This document shows positions 1 through 7,620 of a stretch of DNA of 36,571 nucleotides, piece after piece. The DNA comes from an uncultured Bryobacterales bacterium (GTDB taxonomy: Bacteria > Acidobacteriota > Terriglobia > Bryobacterales > UBA6623). A model generated the notes under the pieces. The model worked only from the letters and a program-made list of their open reading frames with translations, did no database searches and had not been told where the DNA came from. How positions within the stretch are numbered: position 1 is the stretch's first letter; every line of letters starts with the position of its first letter. The stretch is from positions 1-36,571 of the forward strand of contig CAZYOX010000002.1 of assembly GCA_964649285.1 (NCBI GenBank), written 5' to 3'. Position numbers and translations under genes: made by a program.

Positions 1-273
1 CGGGTGATCTCTCCGTTACGCAATATGGCCCCGGAGGACTTGAAGGTCAGGAACCTGCTCGAACGCCTCAAGGACGGCGAAGTGCAGGAGATCATCCTTG
101 CCACGAGTCCGACAACAGAAGGTCAGGCGACGGCGACCTATCTCATCCGCTTATTGAAGCCGTTAGGCGTCAGCGTGAGCCGCATTGGCATGGGCATCCC
201 GGTGGGCAGCGAATTGGAATTCATCGACGAGGCCACAATGGTGGAATCGATTGAGGGCCGCCGCAAGGTTTAG
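1..273 (+). CDS. recR: Recombination protein RecR, C-terminal fragment (5' end lies outside the window)
   Basis: The frame is open from the window edge. It carries the Toprim-type motif [19 protein letters not shown] and the C-terminal [12 protein letters not shown] typical of RecR. Stop is TAG at 271-273. Confidence 0.85.
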   Translation, partial: RVISPLRNMAPEDLKVRNLLERLKDGEVQEIILATSPTTEGQATATYLIRLLKPLGVSVSRIGMGIPVGSELEFIDEATMVESIEGRRKV

Positions 274-278
274 AGGTT

Positions 279-950
279 CTAACCGCTACGCCAACGAGCG
301 ATTGTCTCGGCGTCAACCCCTAACTTATACGCCGTTAGGCAGGCGATGTTGATGCACGAGGCCGTTAGCGCGCCCAGTTGACGCCAGCGGCGCGCTGAGG
401 TGCAAGCAGCAACGTTGGCGACCTCGATGCGTCCCAGCTTGCGCAGCCTGCGGATGAGTTCGTAGTCCTCCATAATCGGCAGGGCAGGGAAGCCTCCCGC
501 TTGGGTCAAGACGTCAGCGCGGACGAATATCGCTTGGTCGCCGTAAGGCAGATGGAAGAAGCGGCAGCGCCATGCTACTAGCCGCTCGATCCAGCGATAG
601 CGCAGTCCTGGTTCATCGAGTTGGAACCGAAACGCGCCGGCGGCGATCTCGGGACGGCTCAAGATCTGGGCGATGACCTGTGGGTAGTTTTCCGGGAGCT
701 GCGTGTCGGCGTGCAGGAAGAGCAGCCAATCGCCTCGTGCGCGCTCGGAGCCAAGCCGTTGCTGACGGCCCCGGCCCGGCGGGCTGGTTAGAACAATCGC
801 TCCGGCGCGTGAGGCTATTTCCGCCGTGCGGTCCGTGCTGCCTCCGTCGACGACGATTACCTCGTGCGGTTGAGCGCGCAATACTGACTCGACGACGGCG
901 TCGATGTTTTCCGCCTCATTGAGAACAGGGATGATGACGGAGAGAGTCAA
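279..950 (-). CDS. Family 2 glycosyltransferase, TIGR04283-like (rSAM/selenodomain-associated or 'arsenosugar' transferase 2 family)
   Basis: N-terminal SVIIPVLNE, then VVDGGSTDRT, LFLHADT, GDQAIFVR, MEDYEL and TSARRW motifs match my memory of this family. The start codon is TTG at 950, 9 nt after the upstream stop. Confidence 0.75.
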   Translation of the reverse strand: MTLSVIIPVLNEAENIDAVVESVLRAQPHEVIVVDGGSTDRTAEIASRAGAIVLTSPPGRGRQQRLGSERARGDWLLFLHADTQLPENYPQVIAQILSRPEIAAGAFRFQLDEPGLRYRWIERLVAWRCRFFHLPYGDQAIFVRADVLTQAGGFPALPIMEDYELIRRLRKLGRIEVANVAACTSARRWRQLGALTASCINIACLTAYKLGVDAETIARWRSG

Positions 951-959
951 GGACCGCGG

Positions 960-2501
960 CTAGCGCCTCCACGCCAACAGTTTGTCAAAGATCGCTTTGA
1001 CTGCCGGAGTCAGGCGAGTCCGGCTGTGGGCGTCAGCCGCCTTCTTGATCGCTTCCGCTTGCGTCGGATAAGGGTGAATCGTCTTGGCGATGGCGGCAAG
1101 CCCGGCGCCGGCGTTCATGGCCAAGGTGATTTCGGAGATAAGCTCTCCGGCGTGCCGCGAGACGATCGTCGCGCCAAGGATATGATCGGTTCCCTTTTTC
1201 ACGTGGACTTTCAGGAAGCCGGCTGTATCACTCTCGAGGATGGCGCGATCCACCTGGCTCATCTCGATGCGAAACGTGTCCACTTCGATACCCTTTGCCG
1301 TAGCGTCTTGTTCATAGAGGCCGAGGTGGGCTATCTCGGGGTCGGTGTAGGTGCACCAGGGGATTTTTAGCGCGCTCGTGCTCGCGCGGCCGAAGAACAG
1401 CGCGTTCTGAACCACAATGCGCGCCATCGCGTCGGCGGTGTGCGTGAACTTGTAAGGGAAGCACACATCGCCGGCGGCAAAGATGTTGCGGTTGGTGGTG
1501 CGCAGCCGCTCATCCACTTGAACGCCCTTTCGGGCATCAAAGACCACACCGGCGGCATCGAGGCGGAGTGTCTCGACGTTGGGCTGGCGACCGACCCCGA
1601 CCAGCACCTGACCGAACTCCCGCTCTTTCGTTTGTCCTTCCTGTTCGAGCGTCAAGAAGCGGACGTCGCCTTGGCGGCGAACGGCGCTGACGTGTACGCC
1701 ACACTCGATCTCGACGCCGTCGCGTTCCAGCGACTTGTGCACAAGGTCGGCGGCATCGCGATCTTCGCGGCCCAGGATGTGACGCGCTTGCTCCAGCAGA
1801 GTTACTTTCGAGCCCAACCGGGCGAATGCTTGCGCCAACTCGACGCCGATGGGACCGGCGCCGACGACGGCGAGTCGCGCGGGCAATTCCGTTAACGAAA
1901 AGACGCTTTCGTTGGTTAAGACGCCTGCTTCGTGCAAGCCAGGAATAGGCGGCTCGACGGCACGAGCGCCGGTTGCAATGCAGGCTTTAGCGAAAGCCAG
2001 TTTCTTGCCGGCGACGGCGACTTCGTTGAGTCCGGAGAAGTGCGCGTCACCAATGAAGACGTCGACGCCTAGGTCCTTGAAGCGTTGCGCGGAGTCGTGT
2101 TTGCTGATCCCTGCGCGAAGCCTCCGCATGCGCTCCATCACCGCGGCGAAGTCCACCGTGACGCCCTCGGGAACGCGAACTCCGAAATTGCCGGCGTCTC
2201 TAACATCGGCTGCGGCGCGAGCTGCGCGGAGGAGCGCTTTCGAGGGGACGCAGCCGACGTTCAGGCAATCGCCGCCCATCAGATTGCGCTCGATCAGGGC
2301 GACCTTGCCGCCCAGGCCTGCCGCGCCGGCAGCCGTTACAAGGCCAGCCGTTCCCGCGCCGATGACGACCATGTTGTAGCGCCCTGCGGGATCCGGGTTG
2401 ACCCAGTCCGGCGGGTGAACGTTTTGCCCGAGCTGTTGGTTGTACTCGTCGAGCGGGGCAAGCTCAGGGATGGACTGGAGCGAGGCGTGGGGCTTCGTCA
2501 T
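960..2501 (-). CDS. FAD-dependent pyridine nucleotide-disulfide oxidoreductase (mercuric-reductase-like / dihydrolipoamide-dehydrogenase-like; not a true MerA)
   Basis: It has a GxGxxG FAD motif (VVIGAGTAGL), the redox-active GGDCLNVGCVPSK (CxxxxC), a second Rossmann motif (VVGAGPIGVE) and a dimerisation-domain C-terminus. The start is taken at the ATG (MTKPHAS) forming an ATGA overlap with the upstream stop at 2498-2501. The longer ORF to 2609 would overlap the upstream gene. Confidence 0.85.
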   Translation of the reverse strand: MTKPHASLQSIPELAPLDEYNQQLGQNVHPPDWVNPDPAGRYNMVVIGAGTAGLVTAAGAAGLGGKVALIERNLMGGDCLNVGCVPSKALLRAARAAADVRDAGNFGVRVPEGVTVDFAAVMERMRRLRAGISKHDSAQRFKDLGVDVFIGDAHFSGLNEVAVAGKKLAFAKACIATGARAVEPPIPGLHEAGVLTNESVFSLTELPARLAVVGAGPIGVELAQAFARLGSKVTLLEQARHILGREDRDAADLVHKSLERDGVEIECGVHVSAVRRQGDVRFLTLEQEGQTKEREFGQVLVGVGRQPNVETLRLDAAGVVFDARKGVQVDERLRTTNRNIFAAGDVCFPYKFTHTADAMARIVVQNALFFGRASTSALKIPWCTYTDPEIAHLGLYEQDATAKGIEVDTFRIEMSQVDRAILESDTAGFLKVHVKKGTDHILGATIVSRHAGELISEITLAMNAGAGLAAIAKTIHPYPTQAEAIKKAADAHSRTRLTPAVKAIFDKLLAWRR

Positions 2502-3370
2502 GGAAGTTGCGCCTTGGGAAGGCCGAATAGATCTGCCAACATGCCGGGAACTAAGTTGGCGTAGAGCGCCGCTGAGAAGAAAAGGACTGCCAGGGCCGCC
2601 ATCAGCCAAGGCCGACGCGGCGCGGTGGCCGCAGCCGGCCCCGAATTGCGCGGCGCTTCCGCGAGGCCGGTCTGCTGCGCTAAAGCCCTCTGTGCCAGCT
2701 TAGTCACATAGACCGTGACAGCGACGGTTGCGGCCAGGCCGATGCCGAGAAGCGCCCAACGTTCGGTGCTGACGCCGCCGCCGGAGGCCGCTGCGAGCCC
2801 TTGCCCGCCTACGTAGCCGAGATAGACGTAAAGCAAAGTCCCGGGCATCATGAAGAGGAAGCTGGTCAGAACGCAAGGCCAAAAGCGGATCGGCGTCAGC
2901 CCGTACAGGTAATTCTGGAGGTTGAACGGTATCGCTGGGGAAAGCCGCAACAGCGCCACGATCCTCCAGCCGCCCTCTCCGATCGCCTGGTCGATCGCTC
3001 CGAACCTCTGGTTGCGGCGGGCCATGCTGCTGACCTTTTCGCGAGCCACATAGCGGGCGATGAGGAACGCCAGCGCGGCCCCGAGGGTGGCTCCGCAAAT
3101 CACCGCCGCGAAACCCCAGCCGAGCCCGAAGACCGCTCCGCCGGCCAAGGTCAAAGCCGATCCAGGCAATAACGTGACGGTCCAAGCGGCGTAAATCAGC
3201 GCGAAGGTGATTGGCCCCCACGGGCCCAGTCCCGCGACCCAACTCTTGAGCGCTTGCAGCAAGAGATCGACGGGCGTCGCGCGGATGACAAGAAGGACTC
3301 CGCCCAAGGCCAGCAACACGCTAGCTCGTGAGACCCACGTGCTGATCTGGCGTTTTGGCGGGCTCGGCAT
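2498..3370 (-). CDS. TVP38/TMEM64 family (DedA superfamily, SNARE-associated) membrane protein
   Basis: It is a multi-pass hydrophobic protein with the LLRLSPAIPFNLQNYLYGLT motif characteristic of TVP38/DedA. ATG at 3370. The stop overlaps the downstream start (ATGA). Confidence 0.8.
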   Translation of the reverse strand: MPSPPKRQISTWVSRASVLLALGGVLLVIRATPVDLLLQALKSWVAGLGPWGPITFALIYAAWTVTLLPGSALTLAGGAVFGLGWGFAAVICGATLGAALAFLIARYVAREKVSSMARRNQRFGAIDQAIGEGGWRIVALLRLSPAIPFNLQNYLYGLTPIRFWPCVLTSFLFMMPGTLLYVYLGYVGGQGLAAASGGGVSTERWALLGIGLAATVAVTVYVTKLAQRALAQQTGLAEAPRNSGPAAATAPRRPWLMAALAVLFFSAALYANLVPGMLADLFGLPKAQLP

Positions 3371-3405
3371 GCCTTGGTTCGTATTCGCCGCGCGCCGCAG
3401 TCCGG

Positions 3406-4827
3406 TTACGGAGAATACGCCTTAGGATAGTGCGGTTCTCTTGGCGTCCGCGAAGTCTCGGCGTCCTTGGCGTCGGGGAAAGAGTGAGCTGTCTTCGCCC
3501 AATGCAACGGTTTCTTGCCGAACTTTGCGCGGAGGAAGCCGCGCAGCGCCAGGAAGGAGGCGCAGAAGTTAATGACGTTGGCCCAGGGCATGCGAAGCGG
3601 CGCCAAGGCCGCATGACGCCAGCCGTAAACGCTCCAACCGAATCCGGTGCGTACGGCGAGCCGCCAAAGGACGAGTCCTGCGTTAGCTCCCAGCAGCGTC
3701 GCCAACCATGGCCGTTGCGCAATGTCGGCTCCGATCGCCCAGGGCATGCCTGTGAAATAGGACCATAGCCAACGAAGCAAGCCAAACAGGAACAGACCTG
3801 CCGCCAACAGATTCGGCAACTGGTTGAGGAGTCCTTTGCGGTCACGCCAGAACCAATAGAGTTGCCGTGGTCCGGCCCGCCATCCGAAGCGCTCCCAGGC
3901 CTGTAGATTGTTGCCGGTGATCCATCGCGTGCGTTGGCGCACCGCCGTCTTGAACGTGTCCGGGAAATAGGAACGGCTGGCGATCAGTTCCTCCGTCGCG
4001 GGATCGCAGGCATAAGAAAAGACTTGCCGAAATCCCATGCGCCGCACTTCCAAACCGAGAAAGTAGTCTTCGGTCAGGCTTCGCGGGTTCAGAGCCTCGT
4101 CGCCCCGTAATATGCGCAACTTCTCGATGACGTCGCGTCTCAACGCGGTCGCCACTCCGGCAGAAGGGATGAAACCGCCGAAGGCGGACCGCACGCGCAA
4201 ATCTTTCGAGTGAAATTCCGCGAACTCATCGGCGTAGACGCCATGCGTCAGGGTCCATGCCGACATGGCCAACGGTAAGACCGGCAACTGCACCATGTGG
4301 CGCCATTCGAGCTGCGCCGCGGCCTCGCGCAACTCCAAGGGGTGGATCACGTCTTCGGCGTCGTGGAACAGGAACACTTCGTAGCGCAGTCCCATACGCT
4401 TCTCCCGCGCCAGGATCCCGCGGATCAATTGGTTCAGGTTGTCGGCCTTTGTTGTCGGGCCTGGCCGAGAGCCCACTACCCAATGAATCTTTTCCGACAG
4501 CCGGCTCGCGTTTGAGACGGCGCGCATCGAAGATTCGTCGTTGGGGTACAGGCCGATCCAGATGTCGTAGTTGCGGTATTGGATGTTCTCGAGATTTCGC
4601 CGCAGCATCCGCTCCAACACGTCGGACTCTTGCCAGCAAGGCGCCAGGATCGCAATTCGCGGCTCGCCTTTGCGCTGCGCGCGCTGGGGTGAACCACTCC
4701 CGAGGCCCTGTCGCAGGAGCAGCCAAAACCAGCTCAAGTCGATGACTAGATCGTCAAGACCGCTCGCGAAGACCCAGACGGCGAGGGGCGCGAGGAGCTC
4801 CAGAGTCAGGCGGTCGAGAAACCACAT
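3406..4827 (-). CDS. NfrB-family membrane glycosyltransferase (phage N4 adsorption protein B-like GT2 core), lacking the C-terminal extension
   Basis: A run of motifs is collinear with E. coli NfrB as I recall it: SGLDDLVIDL, GLYPNDE, RPGPTTKADNLN, HDAEDVIHPLELR, VQLPVLP, YADEFAEFHSKDL, IPSAGV, SLTEDY, YFPDTFKTAVRQRTRWITG, WFWRDRKG, WANVINF and WAKTAHSFP. ATG at 4827. Confidence 0.8.
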   Translation of the reverse strand: MWFLDRLTLELLAPLAVWVFASGLDDLVIDLSWFWLLLRQGLGSGSPQRAQRKGEPRIAILAPCWQESDVLERMLRRNLENIQYRNYDIWIGLYPNDESSMRAVSNASRLSEKIHWVVGSRPGPTTKADNLNQLIRGILAREKRMGLRYEVFLFHDAEDVIHPLELREAAAQLEWRHMVQLPVLPLAMSAWTLTHGVYADEFAEFHSKDLRVRSAFGGFIPSAGVATALRRDVIEKLRILRGDEALNPRSLTEDYFLGLEVRRMGFRQVFSYACDPATEELIASRSYFPDTFKTAVRQRTRWITGNNLQAWERFGWRAGPRQLYWFWRDRKGLLNQLPNLLAAGLFLFGLLRWLWSYFTGMPWAIGADIAQRPWLATLLGANAGLVLWRLAVRTGFGWSVYGWRHAALAPLRMPWANVINFCASFLALRGFLRAKFGKKPLHWAKTAHSFPDAKDAETSRTPREPHYPKAYSP

Positions 4828-4959
4828 GGAGCCCGAGAGCTATCAGCGGGAAGCGTAGCACAGTCGTCTCGCTCGGTGGCCTCCGCGTCCAAGGATGGAA
4901 GGCGCCAATCCGCTTCGTGCTACCTTACTCGAAACGCCGTCCTGGCGGGCGGATTCCGC

Positions 4960-6033
4960 ATGCAGCTGGCGTTCTCCTATCCTCTTGAGTTGCCCCTGGA
5001 TGAGGCCGCTCAATCCGTCCCCGAAGGGCTCGGGGTGATTCGTATTGACCTCGATGGGCTGCCGCCCTACTTGGGACAAGCGCGCAATCTACGGAGGCGT
5101 ATGGCTCGCCTGCGAGGCCTGTTCGGAAACCGCATGGTCCGAGCCGCCTACCAGCCGGCGGGGTCTTCTTTCGAGGCGAGGATTGTCTTGTGGCGGGCCG
5201 CGAGGGAGGCCTGGCCTGAGGAGTACCGCGAAAAATTGCGGCTGCGTCCTCCGGCGTCGATCAAGACGCTGCAGAACAACCAATTTCCGCGCCTTGCAAT
5301 TACTTCGAAGATTCGCGGGTCCGCCCTCTACTACGGGCCGTTTCGCAGCCGTCCGTTTGCCGAGCGCTTCGAAGAGGGGCTGCTGGATTTCTTCCAGATA
5401 CGCCGTTGCTCAGAGAACCTGGAGCCGTCATTAGAGCATCCTGGCTGTGTTTTTGGCGAAATCGGCAAATGCATGAGGCCTTGCCAGAAGGCCGTTGCCG
5501 ATGCTGAATACCGTGCGGAATTCGGCCGCCTTCTGCTGGCGCTTGAATCCGGCGGAGAATCGCTCGCCGGCGCCCTCGAAGAGCAAAGGAACGCCGCGAG
5601 CGAAGAGCTCAACTTCGAACTCGCCAAGGGCCTGCACGAAAGGGCTCTCGCCGTCCGCAAGCTCTTCACGGCCTCGCCGGAGGCCGCGGACTTAGGCCAC
5701 TGGCACGGCCTGATTGTGCAAAAGGGCGCAGAGCGGACATCCATTGCGCTGTTTCCGATCTACGGAGGCTTTTTGCAGGCGAAGATCGAGCTGCAACTCC
5801 AACTCGCCGAGGCGGGTTCTCTGGACCAAAGGCTGCGTGAGGCGCTTGAGCATGCCGAGTTTAGCCGAGGCGCGTCAGAGGAGCAGGAAGACTCCATGGC
5901 GATGGTTTCCCGCTGGTTGTTCAGCACCTGGAAGGACGGCGAGTTTCTGAGAATTCAGAGCTTCGACAAGATCTCCTACCGCAAGCTGGTCAACGCCGTA
6001 TCGCGTGTTTCACAGGGCCGCCGGCGCGGCTAG
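4960..6033 (+). CDS. UvrC N-terminal-half homologue (GIY-YIG-like region + Cys-rich region + UVR motif), Cho-like, without the C-terminal endonuclease/HhH half
   Basis: GVIRIDLDGLPPYLGQARNLRRR aligns to the UvrC GVYRM...IYVGKAKDLKKR. YYGPFRS..FQIRRC, GKCMRPC and EYRAEF...NFELAKGLHERALAVRKL align to the UvrC YFGPFP..FPIRQC, GRCLGPC and UVR domain. The start is taken at ATG 4960; the ORF is open from GTG 4876. Confidence 0.65.
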   Translation: MQLAFSYPLELPLDEAAQSVPEGLGVIRIDLDGLPPYLGQARNLRRRMARLRGLFGNRMVRAAYQPAGSSFEARIVLWRAAREAWPEEYREKLRLRPPASIKTLQNNQFPRLAITSKIRGSALYYGPFRSRPFAERFEEGLLDFFQIRRCSENLEPSLEHPGCVFGEIGKCMRPCQKAVADAEYRAEFGRLLLALESGGESLAGALEEQRNAASEELNFELAKGLHERALAVRKLFTASPEAADLGHWHGLIVQKGAERTSIALFPIYGGFLQAKIELQLQLAEAGSLDQRLREALEHAEFSRGASEEQEDSMAMVSRWLFSTWKDGEFLRIQSFDKISYRKLVNAVSRVSQGRRRG

Positions 6034-6229
6034 CCCGGCTCATGATTTGGCCGAGGCGCCGGTATTGGGCGCGCAGGCAGTGTGTGTTTGATCCGGTTGA
6101 CAGGACGCGTCCAGGAGAGGCATTCCTCGACGATGCTGAATCATGGGCGAGTTGGTGGAGGTGTACCCGACGGATGCGGCGGCTCAGCCAGCTTCCAAGT
6201 CCTCGAACGCCGTTACAATGGGGAGTTCC

Positions 6230-7090
6230 ATGCTGAAACTCCGCGGCGTCCTTTGCCCGATTGTTACGCCCTTCAACCATCGAGGCGAGCTTTACCTCAC
6301 GAAAATCCGGCACAACCTGAGCCGGCTGGGCTTGACCAAGCTAAGCGGCGTCATCCTCGGCTCGACATGGGGTGAGGGTCCGTTGCTTGGCGAAGCGGAT
6401 CTATTCAAGCTATGGAGCGAAGCAAAGGCCAGCGTCACCTGGGGAGGCCAACTGATAGCCGGAGCCGGAGCGGAAAGCGTTGCGGAAACCTTAAACCGCT
6501 GCCGCTTCGCGCACGAGACCGGTTTCGCCGCCGTGTGGATCGCTCCGCACCGGACCTTCGCGCAGGATCCAGACTTGCAGTTGCTCTATTTCCGGTCGAT
6601 TGCCGATCGTTCGCCTCTGCCGGTAATTGTCGGGGAAGTCGACGCATCCCAACTCCCTACTAGCGCCGTGGAGAAGCTGGCGGCGCACCCGAACATCGCG
6701 GCGATTTGTTCGCAAGACGAGCCCTTGCATCATCTCAAGCCCTTGATCGGGAACGAAGGGTGCGCGGCGCTGTCTTCACGATTAGCCGGCGTTTCTCAAG
6801 CGCTGGCGGGCGGCGTTAAGGCCGTCGTGCTGCCCCTGGCGAATGCCTTACCGTTTCATTTGATCTCGATTGAAGAGGCGGTCCGTACGCGCGAGAGCGA
6901 GGCCGCCGCCGACTTGGAAAACCGGTTGGCGGGGATCGATGCCTTGATCCTGCGCCACGGCGTCGCCGGCCTGAAACACGCGATGGATTTGCGGGGCTAT
7001 TTTGGCGGCGATCCCCGCCTGCCGCTCAAGCGCGTAAGCTCAGACGCCCAGGCGGCGATCGAAGAGGCCATGGAAGGACTGGCGAGTTAG
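6230..7090 (+). CDS. DapA/N-acetylneuraminate-lyase superfamily TIM-barrel protein, catalytic residues not conserved
   Basis: GVLCPIVTPFNHRGEL...GVILGSTWGEG...LIAGAGAES follows the class I aldolase DHDPS pattern. Possible starts are 6143, 6218 or 6230; GGGAG lies just upstream of 6230. Confidence 0.65.
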   Translation: MLKLRGVLCPIVTPFNHRGELYLTKIRHNLSRLGLTKLSGVILGSTWGEGPLLGEADLFKLWSEAKASVTWGGQLIAGAGAESVAETLNRCRFAHETGFAAVWIAPHRTFAQDPDLQLLYFRSIADRSPLPVIVGEVDASQLPTSAVEKLAAHPNIAAICSQDEPLHHLKPLIGNEGCAALSSRLAGVSQALAGGVKAVVLPLANALPFHLISIEEAVRTRESEAAADLENRLAGIDALILRHGVAGLKHAMDLRGYFGGDPRLPLKRVSSDAQAAIEEAMEGLAS

Positions 7091-7094
7091 AGCC

Positions 7095-7535
7095 CTAGAG
7101 GGATCTTTCCGCCAGTTCGCCCACGATGGGCAGCGAGTAGCGCTCGCCGGAACTGGTCTTCACGAGCATGATGATCCATACCACGAGCAAGGCTGCTTCG
7201 ATGAGGCTGCCGAGGGGAAATCCGTGCCCGCCGAAAATGAGTCGAACCCAAATGGCCGCCACCCAATGGGAGAGCATCCAGACAACGAACAAGTAAAGGC
7301 CCTGGTAGGCGTGGAACCTCACCGTGCGTTCGGACTTGAAGCGAGCCGTCGCCAGCACGTATACGGCGACCATCCAACCCAGCCAGGGTATGTAGCAGAG
7401 AATCGAGGCTCCGCGCGGACCGAGGCCGTCTCCCACGCCTGGCGCGCTGGGCGAAACCGGTTGAGGCGAGCCGCACGAGCGGCAGTACCTCTGACCGTCC
7501 CCGACTTGTTGTCCACAGCTCGTGCAGAAAGGCAA
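7095..7535 (-). CDS. Zinc-ribbon plus DUF4870-like small membrane protein
   Basis: The N-terminus is CTSCG..N10..CRSCG (a CxxC-CxxC zinc ribbon). It is followed by hydrophobic helices with the ILCYIPWLGW...RFHAYQGL pattern typical of DUF4870. Confidence 0.7.
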   Translation of the reverse strand: MPFCTSCGQQVGDGQRYCRSCGSPQPVSPSAPGVGDGLGPRGASILCYIPWLGWMVAVYVLATARFKSERTVRFHAYQGLYLFVVWMLSHWVAAIWVRLIFGGHGFPLGSLIEAALLVVWIIMLVKTSSGERYSLPIVGELAERSL

Positions 7536-7620
7536 TTTCGTTCCTCGTTCACCGAATGTTACGCAATCGGCGTACTGTCGGTTCCGCTCCTGGCGGCCTC
7601 AACTCTAGGCGATAGATGGC

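Noticed and set aside
960-2501. Calling the flavoprotein disulfide reductase a mercuric reductase (merA) and the region a mer operon.
   Set aside because: It has no NmerA/HMA metal-binding domain and no C-terminal vicinal Cys pair, and there are no merR/T/P genes. Only the generic CxxxxC disulfide reductase core is present.
6103-6112. A perfect 10-bp palindrome GGACGCGTCC immediately after a TTGACA hexamer upstream of the DapA-like gene.
   Set aside because: Self-palindromic GC-rich 10-mers are expected many times by chance in 36 kb of GC-rich DNA, and no matching -10 element lies at the right spacing.
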